A stretch of 48,003 nucleotides of DNA, from positions 1 to 48,003 of the IMG/VR virus record IMGVR_UViG_3300017421_000001, one strand, 5' to 3'. The notes under the pieces are model-generated. The model worked only from the letters and a program-made list of their open reading frames with translations. It had not been told where the DNA came from and made no database searches. Source of the stretch: a virus. Below are positions 1-7,712 of this stretch, piece by piece. Numbering within the stretch: the stretch's first letter is position 1; every line of letters begins with the position of its first letter. The position numbers were made by a program, and so were the translations under genes.

Positions 1-112
1 GGCATCACTTATCACGAACGAAAGAAGGCAGCGTAACATGGCAGGCAGCGTCAACAAGGTCATCATCGTCGGCAATCTCGGCGCCGACCCGGAGGTCAAG
101 TCGTTCCAGAAC
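1..112. repeat. Terminal overlap copy A (identical to 47892..48003)
   Basis: Exact 112-nt identity read directly. It spans the end of the 224-aa gene and the first 75 nt of ssb. Confidence 0.95.
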
Positions 113-469
113 GGCGGCCGCATCTGCAATCTGCGTATCGCCACGTCCGAGAGCTGGAAGGACAAGGCCAGCGGCGAGCGCAAGGAGCGAACCGAGTGGC
201 ATAGCGTCGTCATTAGCAGCGATGGTCTGGTGGGTGTTGCAGAGCGCTATCTGCGCAAGGGTAGCAAGCTCTACATCGAGGGGCAGCTTCGCACCCGCAA
301 GTGGCAGGACCAAGCCGGCAACGATCGTTACAGCACAGAGGTCAATGTCGGCGGCATGGGCGGCGTGTTGACCATGCTTGATGGCGCGAAAAGTGGCGGC
401 GGAGGGGCGCAAGCGGGGTCGGATGATGGCTGGGGCGGCGCTGCCGCCGATGACGACGCTGGATGGTGA
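38..469 (+). CDS. ssb: Single-stranded DNA-binding protein
   Basis: 143 aa. OB-fold signature [21 protein letters not shown]...TEWH, Gly-rich linker and acidic C-terminal tail. Confidence 0.9.
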   Translation: MAGSVNKVIIVGNLGADPEVKSFQNGGRICNLRIATSESWKDKASGERKERTEWHSVVISSDGLVGVAERYLRKGSKLYIEGQLRTRKWQDQAGNDRYSTEVNVGGMGGVLTMLDGAKSGGGGAQAGSDDGWGGAAADDDAGW

Positions 470-828
470 CCATGTTCAAGGTCGATACTCGCCCGCGTCA
501 CCGCAACGCACCCCGGCCAGCATGGAAGGTCGCGGAGTCATTCAAGAAATGGCTAAGAGGCCGTCCTTGCGCCGCCGATGGTCACGGCCTGTGCGATGGT
601 AAGGTTCAGTCTGCTCATGTCGATCATGCCGGCGACAAGGGGATAGGCACCAAGGTAGCCGACCGCCACTGCATACCACTTTGCGCGGGGCATCACGCAC
701 GGCAGCACGCACGAGGCTGGGCCACGTTTGAGCGCGAGTGTCTTGGTGGTAAGCCCGCCGTCGCGCTGGCCGCTGCGTACTGGCAGGCCTGGCCTGGCCG
801 CGCCGATTGGGAGAGGCAGAATGGCTAA
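463..828 (+). CDS. His/Cys-rich HNH-like nuclease (DUF968/Ref-like), tentative
   Basis: 121 aa. The motif [33 protein letters not shown] resembles phage HNH-like recombination-associated nucleases. Overlaps the ssb end. Confidence 0.45.
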   Translation: MVTMFKVDTRPRHRNAPRPAWKVAESFKKWLRGRPCAADGHGLCDGKVQSAHVDHAGDKGIGTKVADRHCIPLCAGHHARQHARGWATFERECLGGKPAVALAAAYWQAWPGRADWERQNG

Positions 829-1225
829 TGGAGGACAAACCCTCATCCTGGCGAACGCCCACATTCGCCGCCGCGCTCACGAGCTGATAGAATTGGCTCC
901 GGAGTGTGCGGTGGTAAACATCCGCGCCGCCAGTCGCACCAACGATCAGAATGCCAAGCTGTGGGCGATGCTCTCCGACATTGCGCGAGCCAAGCCGCAA
1001 GGACGCGTCCTCACCACCGAGACGTGGAAGGCTCTCTTCATGAACGCAGCGGGCTTCTCCTGCACGTTTGAGCCGACGCTAGACGGGCGTGGCGTCGTAC
1101 CACTCGGCTTCAAATCTAGCCGGCTTACCAAGGCCGAGTTCTCGGACCTGATCGAGTGCATCTATGCGTTCGGAGCCGAGCATGATGTGCAGTGGACGGA
1201 CCCAGTGGAGCGCAAAGCGGCCTAG
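821..1225 (+). CDS. ninB: NinB/Orf-family recombination mediator
   Basis: Internal ATG at 821 (ORF track starts at 728) overlaps the upstream stop. RTNDQNAKLWAMLSDIAR and AFGAEHDVQWTD match the lambda NinB signature. Confidence 0.8.
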   Translation: MANGGQTLILANAHIRRRAHELIELAPECAVVNIRAASRTNDQNAKLWAMLSDIARAKPQGRVLTTETWKALFMNAAGFSCTFEPTLDGRGVVPLGFKSSRLTKAEFSDLIECIYAFGAEHDVQWTDPVERKAA

Positions 1226-1725
1226 CGCTTGCGGCGGGCCGGAGGCTTCTTGGCGGGAGCAGCGGCCTTCTCTGGTTCAGCCGCCATCTTGATCTGTGTA
1301 TAGCGAAGGAAGGCGATGACAATTGTGCCGAGCGCGCCAATGAGAGCGGCAGACAGTTCCTGCCCTTGGCTAGCGCAGTAAGCTACCGTCCCGCAAAGCA
1401 ACACGAGCGCGAGGATGGCACCGACCTGAGAAGTGTAGCGAACGCCGTACTCATGCGTCACCATCTTACCTTCGTTGAGGTGGCGGTGCGCTTGCTCTTT
1501 CTCGGCCATCTGCAAGATGCGTTCTGCAGAGCCAGGATGTGCCGATTCATACTCGGCGTACATTTCAGGTGACGGTAGAGGGCCACTGTGTGACTTGCGG
1601 ACCATCGTCATGACGATCTCTATGCCCTGGTCGCGCTTATCGGGCCGGAAAAGAGGTTCGAGCGCCTCAACCGTGAGACGCTCGTCCTGTTCCTCTGCTT
1701 CGATCTTAGCCGGTGGCCTAGCCAC
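1222..1725 (-). CDS. DUF2335-type membrane protein
   Basis: 167 aa. SGPLPSPEMYAEYESAHPGSAERILQMAEKEQAHRH is followed by two hydrophobic helices. On the opposite strand to the flanking early operons. Confidence 0.6.
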   Translation of the reverse strand: MARPPAKIEAEEQDERLTVEALEPLFRPDKRDQGIEIVMTMVRKSHSGPLPSPEMYAEYESAHPGSAERILQMAEKEQAHRHLNEGKMVTHEYGVRYTSQVGAILALVLLCGTVAYCASQGQELSAALIGALGTIVIAFLRYTQIKMAAEPEKAAAPAKKPPARRKR

Positions 1726-1915
1726 TATATTCGACGGCCTTCATGGCTTTACGAACGTCGCGCCCAACGGCCTTCCAGTCGTCATCCAACGAGCCTAGAG
1801 TGATGCGAGGCGACCGAGGAAACAGGGTCAAACTGAAGCCGCCGTCAAGCATCTTGGCTTTGAGCTTCTTGCCCGCCACCTTGCGATCGAGGAGGCAGCG
1901 ATCATGGTATGACAT
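1718..1915 (-). CDS. Hypothetical 65-aa basic protein, upstream partner of the DUF2335 gene
   Basis: ATG preceded by AAGGAG (plus-strand 1922..1927). 8-nt overlap with the downstream gene. Confidence 0.5.
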   Translation of the reverse strand: MSYHDRCLLDRKVAGKKLKAKMLDGGFSLTLFPRSPRITLGSLDDDWKAVGRDVRKAMKAVEYSG

Positions 1916-2027
1916 GCGATGCTCCTTTCTACCTGATCCCTAAATGTGGATAAACTTGTACGCTGTCAATTCTTGACACCGGCTTAAGGCTGCCGGCGGC
2001 ACGAGTCGTGAAAAACAATCCCCGTCC

Positions 2028-2062
2028 AGACCGCCCCAGCTCAATGCTAGGGCGGTCTTTTG
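2028..2062 (+). terminator. Intrinsic terminator candidate (plus strand)
   Basis: 9-bp stem AGACCGCCC (2028..2036) / GGGCGGTCT (2050..2058), 13-nt loop, then TTTT. No U-tract in the minus-strand sense. Confidence 0.5.
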
Positions 2063-2087
2063 GTGTGTGGGTGGGGCGTGCAGGAAC

Positions 2088-2140
2088 TAGGCAGGCCTGC
2101 ATAGATAATGCTTGACTGCCTATGCAGCCCTGCCTATATC
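2088..2140 (+). promoter_or_regulatory. Operator-flanked early promoter (third repressor-controlled promoter)
   Basis: TAGGCAGGCCTGCATA (2088..2103) and TATGCAGCCCTGCCTA (2121..2136) flank and overlap TTGACT (2112..2117)-17 nt-TATATC (2135..2140). Confidence 0.55.
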
Positions 2141-2203
2141 GATCTCAACAAGCCCCGGTGAGCCGACAAGCGCAGACCCAGGGCACCGTTGGAGATCGCT
2201 TCA

Positions 2204-2350
2204 ATGCCCCATCCTTATTCTGACACGCCGGAAGCCGCCCCTACGGGCCGCACCGACTGGTTCCTCATCATCAGCCTGATCGTTATCGGCTTTGTCGCTG
2301 GTGCCGTTGTGGGTGTCAGCCTGCAGCCGACCTGGGTCACGTTCGCATGA
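2204..2350 (+). CDS. 48-aa single-pass membrane micro-protein (below the ORF-track cutoff)
   Basis: GGAGAT 7 nt upstream of ATG 2204. Sequence MPHPYSDTPEAAPTGRTDWFLIISLIVIGFVAGAVVGVSLQPTWVTFA. ATGA overlap with the next gene. Confidence 0.45.
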   Translation: MPHPYSDTPEAAPTGRTDWFLIISLIVIGFVAGAVVGVSLQPTWVTFA

Positions 2351-2640
2351 CCCGACACGACCAATCCCAATTCAACGAGGCTCTGTACCTCTCCACCCTG
2401 GCACATGAGATCGTGGACGAAAGCCCCCGCCGTGCCCTTCACGCCAACCTCTCCGACCGTGAGAGCCGCGAGTGGACCTGGGCAGCACGAGACTACCTTA
2501 ACGCCCTGAACGATGGCCTAGAGGATGATGGAGAGTTCGCCGGCATGGTGGACGAGTTCTTCAACCCTCCTGCCGATCAATCCTGGGCTCTGGACGCCGA
2601 CTTCCTTCGGGATGAGCGGGTTGAGAGGATGGCGTTCTGA
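2347..2640 (+). CDS. Hypothetical acidic 97-aa protein
   Basis: D/E-rich. Start overlaps the upstream stop and its stop overlaps the methyltransferase start. Confidence 0.55.
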   Translation: MTRHDQSQFNEALYLSTLAHEIVDESPRRALHANLSDRESREWTWAARDYLNALNDGLEDDGEFAGMVDEFFNPPADQSWALDADFLRDERVERMAF

Positions 2641-3389
2641 TGGCGCGCCCTCGGCTTATCGACCTGTTCTGCTGCGCTGGCGGTGCGGCCATGGGCTACC
2701 ACCAGGCCGGATTTGACGTGGTGGGGGTCGATGTCGCGCCACAGCCTCGGTATCCTTTCCGAAATCATGTTGGGGACGCGCTTGAGGTGGTCCGCGCGTT
2801 GCTTCGCGGTGAGAAGGTCGCGTTCGTGGGGCGCGATGGTTCGGTCGAGCATCTAGGCTTATCTGACTTCGCTGCCATTCACGCGAGCCCACCTTGCCAA
2901 GGCTACACTGCGCTTCGACACGCGCCTGGAGCAAAAGGTTCTCCCCGCCTGATCAAGCAAGTGCGCGATTTGCTCGATGCCACAGGTCTGCCTTGGGCAA
3001 TTGAAAACGTCGAGGGCGCGGCAAGCGAGATGGTCGACCCCATTGTGCTTTGCGGGACGATGTTCGGCTTGGGCGCGGAAGGTGCGGCTCTGCGTCGGCA
3101 TCGACTGTTTGAAAGCAGCATCCGGCTCACCGCGCCACGTGCCTGCGCCCATGACACGTCCAAGCCCACGGTCGGCATCTACGGCGGTCACGCTCGCATT
3201 CGCTCTGCCAAGCATGGCGGGCGATTGACACGGGATGCTTGGCCTGCTGGCCACAAGCCTGTCGCGCAAGAAGCGATGGGCATGGACTGGGGCACACTCG
3301 CTGAGATGAGCGAGGCCATTCCACCAGCGTACACTCGTTGGATCGGCGGTCAGCTTCGCGAACACCTGCAACTTCGGAGGGCAGCATGA
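2640..3389 (+). CDS. DNA (cytosine-5)-methyltransferase, short form
   Basis: 249 aa. Motif I DLFCCAGG, motif IV SPPCQGYT, motif VI AIENVEG, motif VIII RRHRLF, C-terminal AIPPAYTRWIG. Confidence 0.9.
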   Translation: MARPRLIDLFCCAGGAAMGYHQAGFDVVGVDVAPQPRYPFRNHVGDALEVVRALLRGEKVAFVGRDGSVEHLGLSDFAAIHASPPCQGYTALRHAPGAKGSPRLIKQVRDLLDATGLPWAIENVEGAASEMVDPIVLCGTMFGLGAEGAALRRHRLFESSIRLTAPRACAHDTSKPTVGIYGGHARIRSAKHGGRLTRDAWPAGHKPVAQEAMGMDWGTLAEMSEAIPPAYTRWIGGQLREHLQLRRAA

Positions 3390-3562
3390 ACGCGCCGCAC
3401 CCCATATCCACCTTCGGCACCCGTTGCCGCCAGTCTGTTGCAAACACGCCTGAGCCGCCGGCTGTCGAGCCCACCTTCACCTTAGACCGCCACATCGCGC
3501 GCGCACGTCGAGAGATGGGCGCTGATCGGTGGGCACAACTCAATTCGGAGTGGGAACTGTGA
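3386..3562 (+). CDS. Hypothetical 58-aa protein
   Basis: ATG 3386 forms an ATGA overlap with the methyltransferase stop. The ORF track lists a longer 3338 start. Confidence 0.4.
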   Translation: MNAPHPISTFGTRCRQSVANTPEPPAVEPTFTLDRHIARARREMGADRWAQLNSEWEL

Positions 3563-4116
3563 CTGGAAGCCCGGCCTTGGAGGCCCTTTGCTCATGCCCT
3601 GGGACTCACACTGTGCAAGGCGTCCCGCTTTTCGAGCATCTCGACCAAAACTTTCTAAACCGCTTTTGGTCACGGGTCGACGTTGGTGACAGTGGCGAGT
3701 GCTGGCTCTGGAAAGGTCAGAAAAGCGCTAAGGGTTATGGTAAGATCTTAAATGCAAACCGCCCCTTTATAGCGAGCAGAATAGCATTGGCTGTCAAACT
3801 GGGTCGCGATATTCTGCCCGGCCACTTCGCCTGTCATAAGTGCGATAATCCTCCCTGCTGCAACCCATCTCATTTATTTGAGGGCACCCCGCAGGATAAC
3901 AAAAATGACGAAATTGCTAAGGGCAGGCATCATAGATGGAAAGGTCATCGGAGTGGTGATGGCAACCCTAAAGCAAAACTTACTTCGAAGGATGTACGCG
4001 ATATTCGCGCGCGTAGAGCTTTCGTAAGCGGCATCGACTTGTCGAAAGAATACGGTGTTGCTGAAAACACAATATCAAACATCATTACTGGAAAAACATG
4101 GAGTCATTTGCCATGA
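3529..4116 (+). CDS. HNH homing-type endonuclease
   Basis: GECWLWKG...GYG...CHKCDNPPCCNPSHLFEGTPQDNKND plus a C-terminal HTH-like GVAENTISNIITGKTWSHL. About 43-53% GC by hand count. Start is ATG 3529 or GTG 3559. Confidence 0.8.
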   Translation: MGTTQFGVGTVTGSPALEALCSCPGTHTVQGVPLFEHLDQNFLNRFWSRVDVGDSGECWLWKGQKSAKGYGKILNANRPFIASRIALAVKLGRDILPGHFACHKCDNPPCCNPSHLFEGTPQDNKNDEIAKGRHHRWKGHRSGDGNPKAKLTSKDVRDIRARRAFVSGIDLSKEYGVAENTISNIITGKTWSHLP

Positions 4117-4253
4117 CCGAGACCGAACGTCGCGCCCGCTACGGCCCCGTCGAGCCTATGAACCCTACGCCCTACCGTACAGGGTTGATCGTGTGCTGTG
4201 GGGTGAGTGCCTTCCTGGTGTTCGTCGGCATTGTCGCTCTGGTGCTGTCATGA
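4113..4253 (+). CDS. 46-aa single-pass membrane micro-protein (below the ORF-track cutoff)
   Basis: ATGA overlaps at both ends (4113..4116 and 4250..4253). Hydrophobic C-terminal half GLIVCCGVSAFLVFVGIVALVLS. Confidence 0.45.
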   Translation: MTETERRARYGPVEPMNPTPYRTGLIVCCGVSAFLVFVGIVALVLS

Positions 4254-4573
4254 GTGGGCCCGACATGCAGCAGTTTCAACGCCGCATTGGTGACCTTCGA
4301 GCAACGCGCAAGATGACGCTTTCCGATGTTGCCAAGGCATCGGGCTTTACCAAGTCGCACATATGGGAGCTTGAAAGCGGGAAAGCGAAAAACCCGACAG
4401 TTCGCGCCGTGTGGCAGCTTGCTCATGCGTTTGGCGTGTCGCCAGCCTATCTTCTTGGGCTTGATGATCGCAAGGCTGATCTTGACCCTCTCGCATATCA
4501 ACTCGCCACTATCATCAACGTTGAAATGGCTCGCCGCCAGATCGAACTCGCCAAGACCGGAGGCGCAGCATGA
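4250..4573 (+). CDS. XRE-family helix-turn-helix transcriptional regulator
   Basis: MTLSDVAKASGFTKSHIWELESGKAKNPTVRAVWQLAHAFGVSPAYLLG is a classic HTH_XRE pattern. Start taken at ATG 4250 (track: 4055). Confidence 0.75.
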   Translation: MSGPDMQQFQRRIGDLRATRKMTLSDVAKASGFTKSHIWELESGKAKNPTVRAVWQLAHAFGVSPAYLLGLDDRKADLDPLAYQLATIINVEMARRQIELAKTGGAA

Positions 4574-4887
4574 GCGATCATAACGCAGAGGATAGCATTC
4601 GTGTTGATGGGGCCGCTAGGTTGTTTATGAAAGATGAGTTTGCAGATCGGTGGGACGATGTAGTCGAGGCCGAATATCGCTTAGTGAACGACGCGCAGGC
4701 TTTCTACGAGGAATGTGAAAAGGCAGGCTTGGCTGAGTTCACCCCTGTCGATGATGAGGCGCTAGACGACGCCTTTGCATACGAGCGCGGGATAGAAGCT
4801 GGCGGCATGATGTGGGCGCTCACTCGGGAGGGCCAGCAGCTCTACATGAACTGTCGCGCCGTCCTGATTTCGAAGGTGTCGTCATGA
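4570..4887 (+). CDS. Hypothetical acidic 105-aa protein
   Basis: ATGA-type overlaps at both ends. D/E-rich. Confidence 0.5.
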   Translation: MSDHNAEDSIRVDGAARLFMKDEFADRWDDVVEAEYRLVNDAQAFYEECEKAGLAEFTPVDDEALDDAFAYERGIEAGGMMWALTREGQQLYMNCRAVLISKVSS

Positions 4888-5462
4888 CCGATCAACACAC
4901 CTCTCTTAGCGTAGGCAGGAGCGGGGAAGGGGAGGGCGCTTCCTCTGGCGACGACCGGGCTTTCGTGCCTGCGGCATCGAACCCTGCGGTCTCGCCGGTT
5001 CCCGCTTCAATCCCTAGCGCATGGCGAACAGACATGCCGGATTTCGGTTCGACGCCTATCTGGCAGTATGTCTGGCTCCAAGGCGAGAAATACCACTCTG
5101 GCATGACATGGTTTCGACAAGGCTGGGGCACGGCTGCTATCCGTGTTGGTCATGCTGTCGACAACTACCGGGGCTATCGCAAGGCTGATATCGAGCGGAT
5201 CTGTGCTGACAACGATATAGATTTCGCTCTTCAGCCGGCAATTGTCGGATGGTTGCCTATGACCCCGCCTGCGCTTCTCAGCGAACAAGAATTGCCAGCT
5301 CTCCCTGTTCGTGATGATGGAGAATGGTCTGCGCAAGCGATCGAAGCCCGTAGGGCCGAGACCTTGGGCTCGGTTCACGAGAGCGTGGTCCGCCAGGATG
5401 CGCCCGACCATGAGCCCGCCCAAGCCACCAGCAACACTATATCCGAGGAGACGGGGAGGTGA
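4884..5462 (+). CDS. Hypothetical protein with a DUF551-like WLPMTPP segment
   Basis: Start taken at ATG 4884 (ATGA overlap; track: 4812). The IVGWLPMTPP motif resembles the DUF551 C-terminus. Confidence 0.45.
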   Translation: MTDQHTSLSVGRSGEGEGASSGDDRAFVPAASNPAVSPVPASIPSAWRTDMPDFGSTPIWQYVWLQGEKYHSGMTWFRQGWGTAAIRVGHAVDNYRGYRKADIERICADNDIDFALQPAIVGWLPMTPPALLSEQELPALPVRDDGEWSAQAIEARRAETLGSVHESVVRQDAPDHEPAQATSNTISEETGR

Positions 5463-5881
5463 GAACCGTTAGCATCATGCGCGCCGAGAATGCCGCCGTG
5501 CGATACCTCAAGGTCCAAGCAGGTGTCCGCTATTGGGAAGATGCCAGTGTCAACGGCGTCGAGGACGAAGATGGCTCGCTGATTCCCTGCCGAGATGGCG
5601 ATACCTGGGCGCCAGTGATCGACCTCGACACCGGCATCATACAGGATTGGCCCGCCGACACGATCGCGAGCATCCACTACAAGGTGTGCGACGATGGCTG
5701 TTACGCGTTGCTCGATGCCGACCGCAAAGAGGTTAAGTCGATCGATGGCTATGTGCCCAGCATCATGTGCCCCGGCGACAATGGCTATGGCGACTACATC
5801 ATCATGACTGTCGGCCCTGATGGTGCAATCCAGAACTTCGACGGTGATGATCTGGACGCCTTCGAGAGCCCGCGTTCATGA
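5459..5881 (+). CDS. Hypothetical 140-aa protein
   Basis: Long ORF, co-directional, overlaps the upstream stop. No motif recognised. Confidence 0.55.
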   Translation: MRTVSIMRAENAAVRYLKVQAGVRYWEDASVNGVEDEDGSLIPCRDGDTWAPVIDLDTGIIQDWPADTIASIHYKVCDDGCYALLDADRKEVKSIDGYVPSIMCPGDNGYGDYIIMTVGPDGAIQNFDGDDLDAFESPRS

Positions 5882-5909
5882 CCCCCACCCCCCATAAGGA
5901 GCGCTCGGA

Positions 5910-6197
5910 ATGACGGCGCAGGCGCTTGCCTCCAAGTTCCGCCGTGCCCTCCGCAACGAGACCGGCGCAACATTTACCCTTGAGCAGATGCGCGAGCTGT
6001 CCTCGTATGGCGTGCTGCCAATGATCCTTCAAAAGGAAGCCGAAGAACTGTGTCCCGACGTACAGATGAATTCAGGGTCGGAGACTACTGGCTCACCAAG
6101 CGGCGAGATGGCAAATCACCGGATATCTGGCAGATCGCCCACTACTCGGACAAGTCGCGGTCCGTTGTCTATCGCAGCACTAAGTGCAGGACTGTAG
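5910..6197 (+). CDS. Hypothetical ORF overlapping the integrase start (possible directionality or regulatory factor)
   Basis: Strong AAGGAG (5896..5901) lies 8 nt before ATG 5910. The last 148 nt overlap int out of frame and translate poorly. Confidence 0.3.
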   Translation: MTAQALASKFRRALRNETGATFTLEQMRELSSYGVLPMILQKEAEELCPDVQMNSGSETTGSPSGEMANHRISGRSPTTRTSRGPLSIAALSAGL

Positions 6198-7276
6198 ACC
6201 TTGAGGAAGCCCAAGCATCCTTGCGGGCCTATGAGGCGGCGCAGCGCTCCAAGTCGAAGGACCAGGACGCGCAGCATGCCGACCTTGTGCCGCATCTGTT
6301 CAACTACCTGCGCGAGCATGGCCCAGACGTCAAACGGCTCGACACAATCAAGAGCAGCTTTCGCGCATGGATTGGCTTCCTGATGCAGGACGAGCTTGGA
6401 ACCGACGCGAAGGTAGGCGACGTGACCAAGAGCATGGTCGCGCGTTTCCGGCGCTGGCGCATGGGCGAGCATAGCTATGCCGTCGAATGGAACGGCAAGG
6501 TGTACCGGCAGCAGTCCAAGGGCGTCACCGGCGAGACGGTGCAGAGGAACATCGAGGACTTGCGCGCCGCTTTGCATCATGCCGAGGCCGAGAAGCGCAT
6601 CGTCGCCCCAAGCGTGCCATCAGTCCCGCGCAAGAATCGATCGCAGCCGCGAGATCGAGTGCTGTCCGTCCAAGAACTTGGATCAATTCTAGGGTATAGC
6701 CAGGACGATGTGGGCGCATATCGCTACGTCACCTGCATGCTCTCGACCAGCGCTCGGCCTGGCGCGGCGTTGGCCTTCGACCCCGCGACACAATGGCTCG
6801 ACGACGTGCTTGAACTACATGCAGACGGTGCCGACCGCACAGATAAACGCAACCCGATGGTGCCGGTGATAGCGCCTATGATCCCGATCCTGACGGACTG
6901 GCGGGATAATCCGCACACGCCCGTAAAGAGCCGCAAGCGCTGGTGGGGCACGATGACCCGCGCGCTCGGCTTCGGTCGCCTTGACGCGTATGCGATCCGG
7001 CACACCGTACTGACCTACCTTGACGACCAAGGTGTGCCCGGAGCCCAGATATCGGGCATTGGCGGGCACATACCGAAGGGACGCGGTGTCTCGCGCACTA
7101 CGAGCAAGAACTACTTCCATTACAACCCGCACCAAGCACCACAGGCCAAGCGGGCATTGACCAAGCTGTTCCAATCCGTAGAGCGTGAAGCGGCCAAGTG
7201 GCGCGCGGACCATTTGCGGACCATACCTGTCAGAGGCAAGCCGATTATGGTTGTCAAAGCGGGTAAGAAAGCATAG
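6050..7276 (+). CDS. int: Tyrosine recombinase / phage integrase
   Basis: 408 aa, GTG start. C-terminal AYAIRHTVLTYL...GGH...KNYFHY matches the R..H-x-x-R..Y catalytic region. Lies next to the tRNA fragment. Confidence 0.9.
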   Translation: MSRRTDEFRVGDYWLTKRRDGKSPDIWQIAHYSDKSRSVVYRSTKCRTVDLEEAQASLRAYEAAQRSKSKDQDAQHADLVPHLFNYLREHGPDVKRLDTIKSSFRAWIGFLMQDELGTDAKVGDVTKSMVARFRRWRMGEHSYAVEWNGKVYRQQSKGVTGETVQRNIEDLRAALHHAEAEKRIVAPSVPSVPRKNRSQPRDRVLSVQELGSILGYSQDDVGAYRYVTCMLSTSARPGAALAFDPATQWLDDVLELHADGADRTDKRNPMVPVIAPMIPILTDWRDNPHTPVKSRKRWWGTMTRALGFGRLDAYAIRHTVLTYLDDQGVPGAQISGIGGHIPKGRGVSRTTSKNYFHYNPHQAPQAKRALTKLFQSVEREAAKWRADHLRTIPVRGKPIMVVKAGKKA

Positions 7277-7302
7277 GGTAACAGCGCGTTTCAGGACGTA
7301 TC

Positions 7303-7343
7303 GGGCGGTTAGCTCAGTTGGTAGAGCATCTCGTTTACACCGA
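7303..7343 (+). other. attP core candidate: 5' 41 nt of tRNA-Val(UAC), not an intact tRNA
   Basis: GGGCGGT-TA-GCTC-AGTTGGTA-GAGC-A-TCTCG-TTTACAC-CGA gives the acceptor 5' arm, D-arm, anticodon stem 5' arm and loop (anticodon TAC at 7336..7338). Homology ends inside the 3' anticodon stem. No T-arm. Confidence 0.65.
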
Positions 7344-7403
7344 TAAAACGTAGCTGAAACGCGCACTTCTCTGTCCACGGACAGAAGAACGGAGCGTGAT
7401 TCA

Positions 7404-7712
7404 ATGGCGAACATCGAAGCATCTGCGGACCATTCGCGGACCACGCCCAAGGTCGGCATTGTTGAGCGGCTTAGAGAGCCGGCAGTCGAAGGCGTGCCGC
7501 TGCCGCTTTGCCATCTTTTGGACGACGCGGCTGACTGTATCGAAGCCCTTATTCGTCGCGTTGGCGAGCGCCTTGCCATGCGCTGCAGGATGCCGGGTGA
7601 CGACAACCAGCTTTTAGCATCCGAACTGGAGTGCATGCTGGCGGAAATGAAGTGCATCTCCGATGCCACCCCCACCCGCCTGAACGCGGAGGGCGCAGAT
7701 CGTGGCCGGTGA
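7404..7712 (+). CDS. Hypothetical 102-aa protein
   Basis: First ORF downstream of attP. No motif recognised. Confidence 0.5.
   Translation: MANIEASADHSRTTPKVGIVERLREPAVEGVPLPLCHLLDDAADCIEALIRRVGERLAMRCRMPGDDNQLLASELECMLAEMKCISDATPTRLNAEGADRGR

Noticed and set aside
5-412. 135-aa minus-strand ORF antisense to ssb. Many similar long ORFs also caught my eye, e.g. 6815..7675(-), 14392..15087(+), 16999..17793(+), 21634..22485(+), 33849..35087(+), 35478..36260(+), 43910..44959(+), 46438..47295(-).
   Set aside because: Each lies fully inside a gene with recognisable motifs on the other strand or in another frame. Their Arg/Ala/Gly/Pro-rich, low-complexity translations are typical of shadow ORFs in high-GC DNA.
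2215-2442. 75-aa minus-strand ORF in the region after the 2112 promoter
   Set aside because: It overlaps two plus-strand ORFs that are translationally coupled and sit directly behind a promoter-operator module. No SD was found.
7303-7343. Possible intact tRNA gene
   Set aside because: Only the acceptor 5' arm, D-arm and anticodon stem-loop are present. After CGA the sequence (TAAAACGTAGCTG...) has no variable loop, T-arm or acceptor 3' strand. It is treated as an att-site fragment.
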